Part shown: positions 10,361-20,048 of the stretch, in pieces
Layout: each line of letters begins with the position of its first letter
How positions within the stretch are numbered: position 1 is the stretch's first letter
Source: Candidatus Omnitrophota bacterium
Lineage (GTDB): Bacteria; Omnitrophota; Gorgyraeia; Zapsychrales; JANLHA01
Length of the DNA: 57,811 nt
NCBI GenBank assembly: GCA_040753435.1
Contig: JBFMEN010000071.1
Coordinates: forward strand, 1 to 57,811
Direction of reading: 5' to 3'
The notes under the pieces: model-generated
What the model saw: only the letters and a program-made list of their open reading frames with translations
What the model was told of the DNA's origin: nothing
The model's database searches: none
Made by a program: the position numbers and the translations under genes

Positions 10361-10612
10361 TTAATTACTTTGTTCCCGCACATTAATATACGTTACCATC
10401 TTGTAATACCGGTTCTTCTTACGCGTAAAATAAACTTCGCCGCCGCATCTGGCCGTCAGGTGCATATCGCCGATCACATTGACGCCCGGTTTCCACTGAT
10501 GACCCTGCCGGGTCAACACTGTTCCGGCCTTCACAACCTGGCCGCCGGATACTTTAAGACCGCGGGTCTCAGTGTAAAATTTACTTGTCGTACCTCCAAC
10601 CTTGCCGCCCAT
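10361..10612 (-). CDS. rpmA: 50S ribosomal protein bL27 (divergent, orphan copy)
   Basis: RGLKVSGGQVVKAGTVLTRQG..WKPGVNV core; AGGAGG RBS before ATG 10612. Confidence 0.8.
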   Translation of the reverse strand: MGGKVGGTTSKFYTETRGLKVSGGQVVKAGTVLTRQGHQWKPGVNVIGDMHLTARCGGEVYFTRKKNRYYKMVTYINVREQSN

Positions 10613-10704
10613 AATAAAGCCTCCTAATGATGCTGTTAAAATAAAGGAGCCTATAATATCAAAAAAGACCAAAAATGTAAATAAATTTTAAGCTCATCCC
10701 CGAT

Positions 10705-11490
10705 TTATTTATTCAAAAGCTCTTCCACCCGCTTTGCGTATCCTTCCACTGAAGGAGGCGGAGGCATCTTTCGTCCGTTAATATAAAAAGTCGGGGTCCC
10801 GCGCACCTCTGATGCTATGCCCAGGTCAAAATTATCCTTAATCAGTTTATTCCAGGATTCGTTATTCTTCTTCAGGTCACCGTTAAATTTTTTAACGTTC
10901 AATCCAAGCTTTTTGGCAAACTCTTCGTAGCTGGCATCGGTTAACTGATTGTTATTTTCAAGGACCATATCAAACATCTCCCAGTACTTTCCCTGTTCCC
11001 CGGCTGCAAGAACTGCTTTGGCCGCCGGCACAGCTTGCGGATGGAACTTCAATGGAAAATGCTTAACAATATACCTGACCTTGCCCGGATACTTCTTGAG
11101 AAGTTCATTGATGACCGGCTGAAATCTCTTGCTGAAAGGGCATTGAAGATCAATAAAACCTACGATCGTGACAGGCGCCCTGGCATCGCCCCTGACTGCA
11201 GATCCCTCATAAGTGATTGGATGAACTTTGTCAAAATCTTCTTGCGGCGCTGCCGGTTGCTGAAAGCGCGCCGGAACCGGAAGGTTTTTTACAGCCTTGC
11301 CGACATCCGCCAGGGACAGTTTTATCTCCTTGTTATCCTCAACCAAAGTTCTTAATAAATCGATCATTTCCACCTGCTGTCTCACCATTTGTCTTGAAAA
11401 AATCAGACTCTGCTGGATCGCGATAAACATCAAACCGAAAAAGATCCCCAAAAAGACGGCAATGGTTAAACCGATAATCTTTGTCTTCAT
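10705..11490 (-). CDS. Membrane-anchored DsbA-family thioredoxin-fold protein (CXXS)
   Basis: N-terminal TM helix; RGDARAPVTIV, DLQCPFS, KHFPL, VRGTPTFYING. Confidence 0.85.
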   Translation of the reverse strand: MKTKIIGLTIAVFLGIFFGLMFIAIQQSLIFSRQMVRQQVEMIDLLRTLVEDNKEIKLSLADVGKAVKNLPVPARFQQPAAPQEDFDKVHPITYEGSAVRGDARAPVTIVGFIDLQCPFSKRFQPVINELLKKYPGKVRYIVKHFPLKFHPQAVPAAKAVLAAGEQGKYWEMFDMVLENNNQLTDASYEEFAKKLGLNVKKFNGDLKKNNESWNKLIKDNFDLGIASEVRGTPTFYINGRKMPPPPSVEGYAKRVEELLNK

Positions 11491-11642
11491 ATAAATCCTT
11501 TCGTTAATGATAACAACGGTTCTATCTTATCTTAAAGCCGGAAAAATGCAACGGAGAAAAAGCATTTATCGCCCATCTATTGCAGAAAATGCCGGTCTTG
11601 CCGGCAGACAGGTTTTTAAACCTGCCCGCATGTGCAGGGTAT

Positions 11643-12476
11643 TTACAAACTGATCCCCCCGTAATGTGAAACAATGTGTTTAATATCTTCCCAGCGTGTG
11701 GTGCAACCGAAAACTGCGATGATACAAATGTCGTTCCCCTTGGGAATATAACCCACAAAACAGGCCTGGGCAGCCCGCGTGTATCCCGTCTTGCCGTAAA
11801 TCTTGTTTTTCCAGTCAAAAAAAAGAATCTTGTTGTGGCTCTTCAACTGAAAGGTCCTGCCCGAGAGCGAAGTAATCGTTTTAAATTTTTTCTTGATCGC
11901 TGTCTTGAAAAAAGGATGTTTTAATGCCGCCCTGAAAATAAGATACATGTCATACGGCGTCGTGTACTGGCTCTGTTTGGTAGGAAGGCCGTTGGCATTC
12001 ATAAAGAGGGTGTTCTTGCACCCAAGCTCCCTGGCGCGCTTGTTCATCATTTTTACAAATTCCCACTCGGAACCCGCGACCGCTTCCGCCAGCACAACGG
12101 CGGCATCATTGGCGCTTTTTAAAAGAATGGCGTACAAAAGCTCTTTCACTTTAAACTTCTCGCCGGGATTAACGTAAATTTTACTCGGCTGGGCCAACGA
12201 GGCCCGCTGGCTTGCGGTAACGGTTTGATTAAGAGACAGCTTCTCAAGCACCAGTAAAGCCGTCATCACTTTTGTCGTACTGGCGGGGGGAACCCTGGTG
12301 TGTACATTCTTCCCGTAATAACGTTTGGCCCTGGTGCTGTTGGAAAAAATAGCGGCCCTGGCGCTGACTGAATAAGCCAGCGCCTCGCGGGAAAAAGGCG
12401 ATACAAAGTCTGTAACAAAAGCTACAAGGAACCAAACTATTGCACATTTTTTTGTAAAAGATAATAACCGATTCAT
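11643..12476 (-). CDS. D-alanyl-D-alanine carboxypeptidase (peptidase S11)
   Basis: PASTTKVMT (SxxK), SANDA (SxN), GKTGYT (KTG); signal peptide; start moved to ATG 12476 to avoid overlap with trmB. Confidence 0.9.
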   Translation of the reverse strand: MNRLLSFTKKCAIVWFLVAFVTDFVSPFSREALAYSVSARAAIFSNSTRAKRYYGKNVHTRVPPASTTKVMTALLVLEKLSLNQTVTASQRASLAQPSKIYVNPGEKFKVKELLYAILLKSANDAAVVLAEAVAGSEWEFVKMMNKRARELGCKNTLFMNANGLPTKQSQYTTPYDMYLIFRAALKHPFFKTAIKKKFKTITSLSGRTFQLKSHNKILFFDWKNKIYGKTGYTRAAQACFVGYIPKGNDICIIAVFGCTTRWEDIKHIVSHYGGISL

Positions 12477-12489
12477 AGTGATAATTGAA

Positions 12490-13431
12490 TTAGTGTCGGG
12501 ATTTCCGCGTTTCTTCAACGGCCAGTGAAACCATTTCAATGGCCCTGGCTACGCCTTTCGTCGGCAGGACCTGCTGTCCCTCAGCACACAGAACTCCCCA
12601 TCCTTTTTTTGTGTTGATAATAACAATCCACACATGCTGTGTCAAATGCTCTTCTGAAACAACCAGCCGCGCCAGTCCCTTTTGTCTGACCTGATCGTAA
12701 ATCCAGTCTTTCGGGATAACAGCAAGCCCTTTCGACACATATTCATTGAATTTAATCCGCTCGGGATTAAACTCCGCGTGATAACTGGCTTTCAAAACAA
12801 CATCCTCCTTTAAAGGTCTGCAAACATGACTTTTTTTGTTAAACGTTATTTCAAAAAACTCCTGCTGCCCCGCCGCCTGCCACTTACGCTCGAACTTTGT
12901 CCGGAGACGCCCGCCGATCATGCGACGGGAAACATCGAAGCCCGTCCCCGCGCTCTGATCCAGAACCCACTGCGCATAAGGTTCATAATCCGTGACCAGC
13001 AGGACCTCGCCTCCTCCTGCCAGCCGGCTGTTCAACAGACCCAGAAAATCGTGCGAAAACAAGCGGTGTTTTTCATGACAGTCCTTTGGCCAGGGGCAGG
13101 GGAAAAAACATGCCGCCCGCGCGAGCGTCCTTTCCCTGATAAAACGCTCCAGGAGAACCCAAACATCCGATTTAAGAACCCTTATCTGCGTTTCTGCCGC
13201 CTGCTTCTTTGCCAAAGAAAGGCGTTGAATACTTTTAAGACATTTTCTGATTCGCGTCCAATCGATCTCCGCACCGATATAATTAAATTGTGGCTGCTCG
13301 TCGATAGATGTCAGCAGGGATTCGCCCTGCCCGAAACCGATCTCCAGGCACAGAGGCCTGCCGTTGGCAAAATGACCGTTCCAGTCAAAGGGGCGCTCGC
13401 TGGCATATGGAGAAAGTAAAATATTTTTCAT
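12490..13431 (-). CDS. trmB: tRNA (guanine46-N7)-methyltransferase with C-terminal extension
   Basis: LEIGFGQG, FPCPWPKDCHEKHRL, VTDYEPY, TKFERKW. Confidence 0.88.
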   Translation of the reverse strand: MKNILLSPYASERPFDWNGHFANGRPLCLEIGFGQGESLLTSIDEQPQFNYIGAEIDWTRIRKCLKSIQRLSLAKKQAAETQIRVLKSDVWVLLERFIRERTLARAACFFPCPWPKDCHEKHRLFSHDFLGLLNSRLAGGGEVLLVTDYEPYAQWVLDQSAGTGFDVSRRMIGGRLRTKFERKWQAAGQQEFFEITFNKKSHVCRPLKEDVVLKASYHAEFNPERIKFNEYVSKGLAVIPKDWIYDQVRQKGLARLVVSEEHLTQHVWIVIINTKKGWGVLCAEGQQVLPTKGVARAIEMVSLAVEETRKSRH

Positions 13432-13513
13432 GCGTGTTAAAGAATAAATAAAAATAAACGATGACTTTCGGAAAATGGAAAAACCGGCTCGCCTTTTCCA
13501 TCATTGATGTTCA

Positions 13514-13948
13514 TCACTCCTTTATCTTCCCCAAAAACTCCCATCCCCAGCCAGCAAGCTGACCGTCTTTAAAAATAAGCGGAGATAACTCATCATCGGT
13601 AACCTGACCGTCACTCGTATTAATTCCGATTAAATAATAATCAACGACATATTTTTTCCCGTTCTTATCGATCTCCTCAATACGATAAGGGTTCTGCCGG
13701 GTAATCGGTTTATACCTTTGTTCATTGCGGTCTGCCCGTTCATATCCGATAATGACCTGTTCCCCAAGAAGGGCCTTGACCTCGGATCTTGCCAATCCTC
13801 TTTGCAACTGATGCAGGGAAACGAATCGTCTTACGGCAGGATCCGGATCGGCGGAAGGAACCTCATATTCCTCATAAAGCGCTGCACATCCGGCCAGAAA
13901 AACACCGAACATGCCCAGCAGTAAAACAAATGAAAAACTTTTTCTCAT
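13514..13948 (-). CDS. Lipoprotein, DUF3192-like
   Basis: Lipobox FLAG-C; C-terminal TDDELSPLIFKDGQLAGWG. Confidence 0.65.
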   Translation of the reverse strand: MRKSFSFVLLLGMFGVFLAGCAALYEEYEVPSADPDPAVRRFVSLHQLQRGLARSEVKALLGEQVIIGYERADRNEQRYKPITRQNPYRIEEIDKNGKKYVVDYYLIGINTSDGQVTDDELSPLIFKDGQLAGWGWEFLGKIKE

Positions 13949-14027
13949 TTAATCCTCCGGTGTACTTTGCAAGGCGCATCTGCCAGCCCAACCTCTTTTT
14001 CCTGGTGGGCAGATCTTCCCGCCCTCA

Positions 14028-14495
14028 TCAATACGGCCGTCCGCCCTTGCGTTTCCAATAGTCAAACAAAGCACTGCATTCATCTTTTAAAATTCCACCG
14101 ATAATCTCAATCGGGCTTTGTCCAATCCTCTTCATCTCCTCATTGGCGATCTCAAGCTCATGGAATCCGGCTTCCCTGGCGTCGTCGATCCCGGCGCCGT
14201 AGAAAATCTTTCCGATCCTCGCCCAATGAATCGCGCTGAAACACATCGGGCATGGCTCGCACGTCGAATAAATGACACAACCAGACAGATCGATCGTATT
14301 CAGCGTTCTGCATGCCGCACGGATACAATTGATCTCGCCATGGGCAGTGATATCCATGGTTTTCCAGACGACATTATGGGAACAGGCCACGGGCCCGCCG
14401 TCTTTTACAATCACGGCGCCAAAAGGAGTCTGTCCTTCGTCGATTCCCTCCCTGGCCTTGTCGATCGCCAGTTTCATAAAATGTTCATTCGTCAT
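14028..14495 (-). CDS. guaD: Guanine/nucleoside deaminase (CDA superfamily)
   Basis: PFGAVIVKDG, AHGE, CEPCPMC..AIHWARI. Confidence 0.75.
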   Translation of the reverse strand: MTNEHFMKLAIDKAREGIDEGQTPFGAVIVKDGGPVACSHNVVWKTMDITAHGEINCIRAACRTLNTIDLSGCVIYSTCEPCPMCFSAIHWARIGKIFYGAGIDDAREAGFHELEIANEEMKRIGQSPIEIIGGILKDECSALFDYWKRKGGRPY

Positions 14496-14577
14496 TTCAG
14501 AAAAAATCCTTTAAAGACGTTACAGCGGCGTCTGAAAAAATAATCAAAGTTTCAATAGGATTATTAACTGCCCGATG

Positions 14578-17500
14578 TTACTGCATCTGTTTTTTTAACG
14601 CCTCAATCCGCTCCTTCAGCTCTTCATTTGTATCAAGCAGATCAAAATAATCTTTGGCGAGTTCCTCGCTGTCCCTGGTCACGCTCTCGACTTTCTGGAC
14701 GGCTTCGATCACTTCGTTCTGTTTCAAATTCAACAAGGAGTCCTTGCTGTTGATAACTGTGACAAGGGAATCGATCTTCTGTTCGAGCTCCTGACGCTGC
14801 AGTTCGAGATCCTTTAATGCCTGTTCCTGCTGAAGCTCCGCTTCTTTTTTTAGCCGCTCGATCTCCTGGTTCAGAAAAACACCTTCGCGCTGCACTGAGG
14901 ACAACGTGACTGTCATTGTCTCAATTTCCTTTTTCAGGGCGACAGCCTCAGCGATCTTCGCCGCTAAATCCTTTTCTGTCTGCCCGAATTTATTTTCAAG
15001 CTCCTTGAATTGAGCCGCCGTTTCTTTCCGCGCGCGCTCGACCCGCTCCTGGATGGACGCTTCAAGTCCGGCAATTTCTTTTTCAAGCCTGTCTTCCTCA
15101 GCCGACCAGGACTGCTTCATTTGTTCCATCTGAACGGCTGCGGCCTTCTCCCGTTCCGCGATCTGTCCGTTCAACCGCTGAATTTCCTCGAGCAGCGGCT
15201 GCTTGGCCTCATCGACCTTCAAAACCAAAGCCTTCTCCTGCTCTTTAATCTCCCGCTCAAGCGTGAAGATGTTTTCCGTCAGGGGTTTTTTCGCTTCTTC
15301 AATATGCTGTTGTTCCAGCCGCTGCTGCTCGGATAAATCTTTTTCCAGCGAGAGGATCTTTTCACCGAGCGGCTTTTGTCCTTCAGCGATCTTGCCGGGA
15401 ATGGACTGTTTCAGGGAATCGAACTCTTTTTTTAAATTCTGGTTAGCGGCGCTTAATTGCTGAACCTCCTTTTTAGCACCGGCGAGAGACGCATTTAAAC
15501 GGGACAGTTCTTCGCTCAATGACTGGTTCTGTTCCTGATGCCGGGCGATATCCTGGTTTTTTTGAGAAATATCCGCGTTCATCGCGTCGATTGCTTTCTG
15601 GTGTTCCTGCTGTAAACGCCCGACTTCTGTCTGATGCTCGCTTTGCTGAACGTCCATCTTCTGTTTGAGCAGCGCGATGTTCTCTTCCAAAGGCCGTTTC
15701 GCGTCTTCGACGCGCGCTGCTGCGGCCTTCTCGGCCTCCTGCATCCTGTCGATCAGTTCGTTAATCTTTTCCTGCAACGGCTGCCGGGCCTTCAGGATCG
15801 CCACCTCCGCCATATTATCTTTTTCTCTTAACTGACGCTGATAATCGCCGGCCTGGGATTCAACCGTCTTCTGCAATTCCGCAATCTTTCCCTGAGAAAG
15901 ACTCAGAGCAGTTTGATATTCGGCCTCGCGCTGTTTTATTTGTTGATCAAACTGCTGCTTCTGTTTCGTCATTTCCTGTTCTGAAGAACTCCTGAGCAGA
16001 TTCATCTGTTCGGTCAACGCCCTGGCCGACTCATCCACCCTGGCGTTCAAAAGCGCCAGTTCATTCTTGTGATCCCGGGCCATCCGGGCATTTTCTTTCA
16101 GAATGTTGTCGCGTTCCTCCTGAAGAACAGAGAGACGTTTACTTAAATCCTCTGCCGTCTTCCCGGCTGTTGTTTTCTCCGCCGTCAGCTCATCAATAAA
16201 ATTTTTACGCTCCTGAGCCGCCGACTGAAGGCCTTTGATTTCCTGATTCAGACGTTCAATGTTTTCCAAAAGCGGTTTTTCCGCGAGTTCGATCCGGACC
16301 GGAACTTCCTGCCGCTGGACTTCCAGTTTCTTTTCAAGCTCGTCGATACTTTTTAATAAGGGCGTTCTGGCTTCTTCAATTTGCACCGGCAGGCTTTCTC
16401 CGGCCTTCGCCAATTGAGCCTTAAGTGAACGAATTTCTTCCTCGAGAGGATTCCTGGCTTCGTTGAGCTGCCCCGGAATCGATTGCTTTAATTGCGCCAT
16501 CTCGACGGTTAATGCCTGGATCTCTTCCTCTAAAGGCTTCCTTGCAAGACTGATCTGCGCGGGCAAAGACTTTTCCGCTGATTGAAGGCGTTGCTCGAGA
16601 TCGCCGATTGTTTTCAGCAATGGCGCCTTTGCTTCGTCAACCTTAAGCGGAAAATTTTCTTTGACCGAAACCAGTTCAGCTTTCAAACCCTGAATTTCTT
16701 CTTCAAGCGGGGCTTTTGCATTCGCAATTTTGGCGGGAACCATTTCCCTTTCCGAGTCCAGCTCTGCCTTCAAACGTTGAATCTCCTGTTCCAGGGGTTT
16801 CCTGACTTCTGCAATCTCGCCTGAATGCTTCTCGCGATCCAGCGCAAGCCCGGATCTCAGCTGTTCGATTTCCTTCAACAAAGGCTTTTTCGCTTCATCA
16901 ACTTTTAAAGAAGCCTCTTTGCCAAGACGTTCAATCTCCCGCCGAAGAGCTTCAATTTCTTTCTGCAAAGGTTCCCTGACGTCAGAAACAAGACGGGGAA
17001 TCTCTTTCTCTCGGTCGGCAACTTTTTGCTGAAGTTCAGCAACGATCTTCTCTTTGGCTGCCAGTATCGACGTCAGCGATTGAACTTCTTGTGACAGCGT
17101 TTTTCCCTGGGTTGCCAGCCGATCCAGCGCCGAGTCCCGCTCCTGCTGAAGAGCGAGGATCGTTTCTTTAAGCGGAGCCGCGGCATTGGCGATCTCCGAA
17201 GGGATGCTCCCTTTGACCGTCTGAATTTCCTGCTGAAGTTTTGCGATTTCCTGACGAAGAATCCCCTTCTCTTCTTCCGTCTTTTTCTCCCACTCCGACT
17301 GCGCTTTCTTAACCGTACCGGGGACTGAATCCTTCAGTTCTTTTAGCTCGCTTTGCAATTCTTTAATTTGAGCCAGCAGCGGCTGGCGCGCCTCCTCGAC
17401 CTGCTTCAAAGAAGATTTATCCTTGTCATTCAACTGCTGCTTCAAATTTTCAATCGTTTCTTTTAATGGATGTTTGGCCTCTGAAACGAGCCGGGGCATG

Positions 17501-19155
17501 GATTGCCTGAGCAGATCCAATTCCTTCTCGACGGAAGCAATTTTAGATTCGTAATCCGCACGAATGGCAGCGGCCTGTTCCGTTACGATCTTTTCATGTT
17601 CCTGTCGCTGACGCTCAAGATCACCGCGGGCCTCATTTAACCGTTTTTCATCGGCAGTCTTCTGTTTATCTGCGTCTTCTTTAGCCGTCTGCAGCCGGCG
17701 ATTTAAATCCTGTTCCCGCACGCGTAAATTATCAAGCTCGGCAAGAAAGCCGTCTCTCTCTGCTGAAAGCTGTTTGATCTGCTTCTGCCGGTCTTCCGAT
17801 TCTTTTTTAATAAGGGTGGCTTCCGAAGCCATTTTTTCCAATTTATCCAGAAGCGGCTTCTGAACCTGATCGATTTTCGACGGAATACTTTTGTTGGCCG
17901 CATCCAGATCATTCCTTGCCCGTGCGAGCTCCTTCTCCAGCGACGCCTTTTCATCGGCAGAGCGTTTGATATCCGTCAAAAGGCGCGCCCGTTCTTTATC
18001 GTTATTCGCTGTTTCTCCGGCCTTCCTGTCAATTTCAGCCTGCAGCCTGGCGATCTCGCCCGTCAGCGAATCCTTTTCCCCTTGGCGTTCTTGCTCAAGG
18101 GCGACTGTCTTCTCATCGGACATTTTTTGCAAAGAAGAAATCTGCTGGTTGAGTTCCCTGACTTTTGCTTCGAGGGGCTGTTTGGCTTTTTCCAGATCAG
18201 CCGATGCGGTTTTACGCATCTGCTGTATTTCTCCCTCAAGTTGGGAAATCCTGGTTTTAAGCGGGATTTCAGCCTGCCCGACCTTTGATTCCACAGAATT
18301 TTTAAGCAAATCGACTTCCGACGATAAATTCATTATACGCTGCTGGAGTTTGCCGCGCGCCTCAGAAATCTCCCGCGCACACGACATTTCGCTCCCTTTG
18401 AGTTTGTCCGTCAAAATGGTGACTTTATTTTCCCGCTCATCAAGTGTCTGCCGCAGGACTGACATCTCTTTATTCAACTGATCGATATCCCGCTTGAGTG
18501 TTTGGGCACTGGCCAGCGACTCCTTAAGGCTGCTTTCCTTCGCTGCCAAATCAGTCTGGAGCGAGTTCATTTTTTCACTCAGGGCACGGGTTTCTTCTTT
18601 AAGCTTCCGCTCAAAATCCTGTTTCATTTGACCGGTGAACTCTTCGGCCGCGTTCTTCTCCCGCTTCAAGGTTTCCGCTGTCTCCGCTTCGATCCTGGCT
18701 TTTTCTCCCTCAAGCATTTTCACATTGACCCCGATCGATTCCATCTGCTGCTCAAGGACGCCCTGCTGTCGTTTCAACGCCGCATTCTCCTGACTTAAAG
18801 CCTCTTTTTCTTTCTTCAGATTCTCAATCGCCTTCTCCTTATCGCTCAACGCTGCCGAAATCTGACCCGCCCCGGTCTCATTCACCTGGAGCCTCTGCTC
18901 AATTTGGGAAGCCCCGTCCCGGATCTCTTTTAACTGCCCCTGGTACATTTCGACATCCTTCCGCGCCTGGATAAGTTCCCGTTCGATCCGCTGTTTGTCC
19001 TGATTGAGCGTCTCATATTTTTTCAGTAACGCGTCTGTCTTGTCGATCAGGGCTTGATTGTCACAGCTTTGCGCGGCGGCCTTCGGGGAAACGGACAGGC
19101 AAGACATTAAAAAAACCAGCATAAAAAGAAAGCTCTGCTTCTCGTGCAAATGCAT
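14578..19155 (-). CDS. Large exported coiled-coil protein with 29-aa Pro-punctuated repeats
   Basis: CAGGAG RBS before ATG 19155; hydrophobic signal ending AAA-Q; E/K/L/Q-rich heptads; recurring (A/V)(K/R)xPLxxxIxxL. Confidence 0.75.
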   Translation of the reverse strand: MHLHEKQSFLFMLVFLMSCLSVSPKAAAQSCDNQALIDKTDALLKKYETLNQDKQRIERELIQARKDVEMYQGQLKEIRDGASQIEQRLQVNETGAGQISAALSDKEKAIENLKKEKEALSQENAALKRQQGVLEQQMESIGVNVKMLEGEKARIEAETAETLKREKNAAEEFTGQMKQDFERKLKEETRALSEKMNSLQTDLAAKESSLKESLASAQTLKRDIDQLNKEMSVLRQTLDERENKVTILTDKLKGSEMSCAREISEARGKLQQRIMNLSSEVDLLKNSVESKVGQAEIPLKTRISQLEGEIQQMRKTASADLEKAKQPLEAKVRELNQQISSLQKMSDEKTVALEQERQGEKDSLTGEIARLQAEIDRKAGETANNDKERARLLTDIKRSADEKASLEKELARARNDLDAANKSIPSKIDQVQKPLLDKLEKMASEATLIKKESEDRQKQIKQLSAERDGFLAELDNLRVREQDLNRRLQTAKEDADKQKTADEKRLNEARGDLERQRQEHEKIVTEQAAAIRADYESKIASVEKELDLLRQSMPRLVSEAKHPLKETIENLKQQLNDKDKSSLKQVEEARQPLLAQIKELQSELKELKDSVPGTVKKAQSEWEKKTEEEKGILRQEIAKLQQEIQTVKGSIPSEIANAAAPLKETILALQQERDSALDRLATQGKTLSQEVQSLTSILAAKEKIVAELQQKVADREKEIPRLVSDVREPLQKEIEALRREIERLGKEASLKVDEAKKPLLKEIEQLRSGLALDREKHSGEIAEVRKPLEQEIQRLKAELDSEREMVPAKIANAKAPLEEEIQGLKAELVSVKENFPLKVDEAKAPLLKTIGDLEQRLQSAEKSLPAQISLARKPLEEEIQALTVEMAQLKQSIPGQLNEARNPLEEEIRSLKAQLAKAGESLPVQIEEARTPLLKSIDELEKKLEVQRQEVPVRIELAEKPLLENIERLNQEIKGLQSAAQERKNFIDELTAEKTTAGKTAEDLSKRLSVLQEERDNILKENARMARDHKNELALLNARVDESARALTEQMNLLRSSSEQEMTKQKQQFDQQIKQREAEYQTALSLSQGKIAELQKTVESQAGDYQRQLREKDNMAEVAILKARQPLQEKINELIDRMQEAEKAAAARVEDAKRPLEENIALLKQKMDVQQSEHQTEVGRLQQEHQKAIDAMNADISQKNQDIARHQEQNQSLSEELSRLNASLAGAKKEVQQLSAANQNLKKEFDSLKQSIPGKIAEGQKPLGEKILSLEKDLSEQQRLEQQHIEEAKKPLTENIFTLEREIKEQEKALVLKVDEAKQPLLEEIQRLNGQIAEREKAAAVQMEQMKQSWSAEEDRLEKEIAGLEASIQERVERARKETAAQFKELENKFGQTEKDLAAKIAEAVALKKEIETMTVTLSSVQREGVFLNQEIERLKKEAELQQEQALKDLELQRQELEQKIDSLVTVINSKDSLLNLKQNEVIEAVQKVESVTRDSEELAKDYFDLLDTNEELKERIEALKKQMQ

Positions 19156-19274
19156 CGCAAGCTCCTGTTCATATTTTAAAAATATTGATTTTATTATATT
19201 ATGAAATCTGAAGATGCGAAACAAAAAGGCTTTTTTCTTCTCTGGTTTTTCTGCCCTGTGTTATACTATTTTTC

Positions 19275-19931
19275 ATGTGCGCCCTGTTTTCAAGAAAAAG
19301 TCTGACCAATTACATATCTCCGGAGATCGAAGTCGGATTCAGCCAATTCGGCCCGACTTTAATGATCGGAGGAATTTTATCATCGGAAAAAGTCTATTTA
19401 ATCGACCACATCAGCACGACAGTGGAAATCCCGTCAAAGGCTTTCAAAAAAGATTTTGACTGGTTCACTCTCCAGCCCCACACGGCCCTTGAAAACAAAT
19501 TCGAAATTTTCCAAACCCCTTCAAAATTTACCCTTTCGCCAAACAGCCCTTACACATACAACATCCTTTTCGCAGATAACCAATGTTACGCTGAAATGAA
19601 AACCGTCATGCTCAACGTTTCGTCAACATGGCAATTTTTTCTGGAAAAATCCAAAGACCGGCCGTATGTCCAAATTTATACTGAATTTCTGGAAGCATCT
19701 ATGACCCAGGAGCTTAACGGGATGTTGCGGAGTTTGTGTTACTGGAAAGAAGCGTCTTACAATCTGCGTTTTTGCATTTCTGCAAAAGGCGGGGAGTCCA
19801 CTACTGAAAAAACATTCGAATTGAAAGAACCTGATATTGTCACCCTTCAAAACAATTGCTCTGACATTATTGCAAACATCTGCAGTCAGCCTTCTGTCAG
19901 TTTTGACAGCATAAAAACAAACCTTTCCTGA
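19275..19931 (+). CDS. Hypothetical protein
   Basis: 218-aa ORF filling the gap between genes; no motif recognised. Confidence 0.6.
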   Translation: MCALFSRKSLTNYISPEIEVGFSQFGPTLMIGGILSSEKVYLIDHISTTVEIPSKAFKKDFDWFTLQPHTALENKFEIFQTPSKFTLSPNSPYTYNILFADNQCYAEMKTVMLNVSSTWQFFLEKSKDRPYVQIYTEFLEASMTQELNGMLRSLCYWKEASYNLRFCISAKGGESTTEKTFELKEPDIVTLQNNCSDIIANICSQPSVSFDSIKTNLS

Positions 19932-19933
19932 AA

Positions 19934-20046
19934 AATGAGTCGTTTCTCAATTGAAAGAAAAGAATAATTAACGGTGCAGCTGAAGCCCCGGACAAATATT
20001 CACCCTTCGTTATTAATTATCCGTTTCATATGAGAAACGACTCGTT
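19934..20046. repeat. Imperfect ~113-bp palindrome (MITE/REP-like) between convergent genes
   Basis: AATGAGTCGTTTCTCA (19934-19949) vs TGAGAAACGACTCGTT (20031-20046), 15/16 complementary, with partial inner pairing. Confidence 0.6.
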
Positions 20047-20048
20047 CC

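Noticed and set aside
14578-19155. SMC/SbcC chromosome protein
   Set aside because: No Walker A/B, signature or hinge motifs; it has an export signal.
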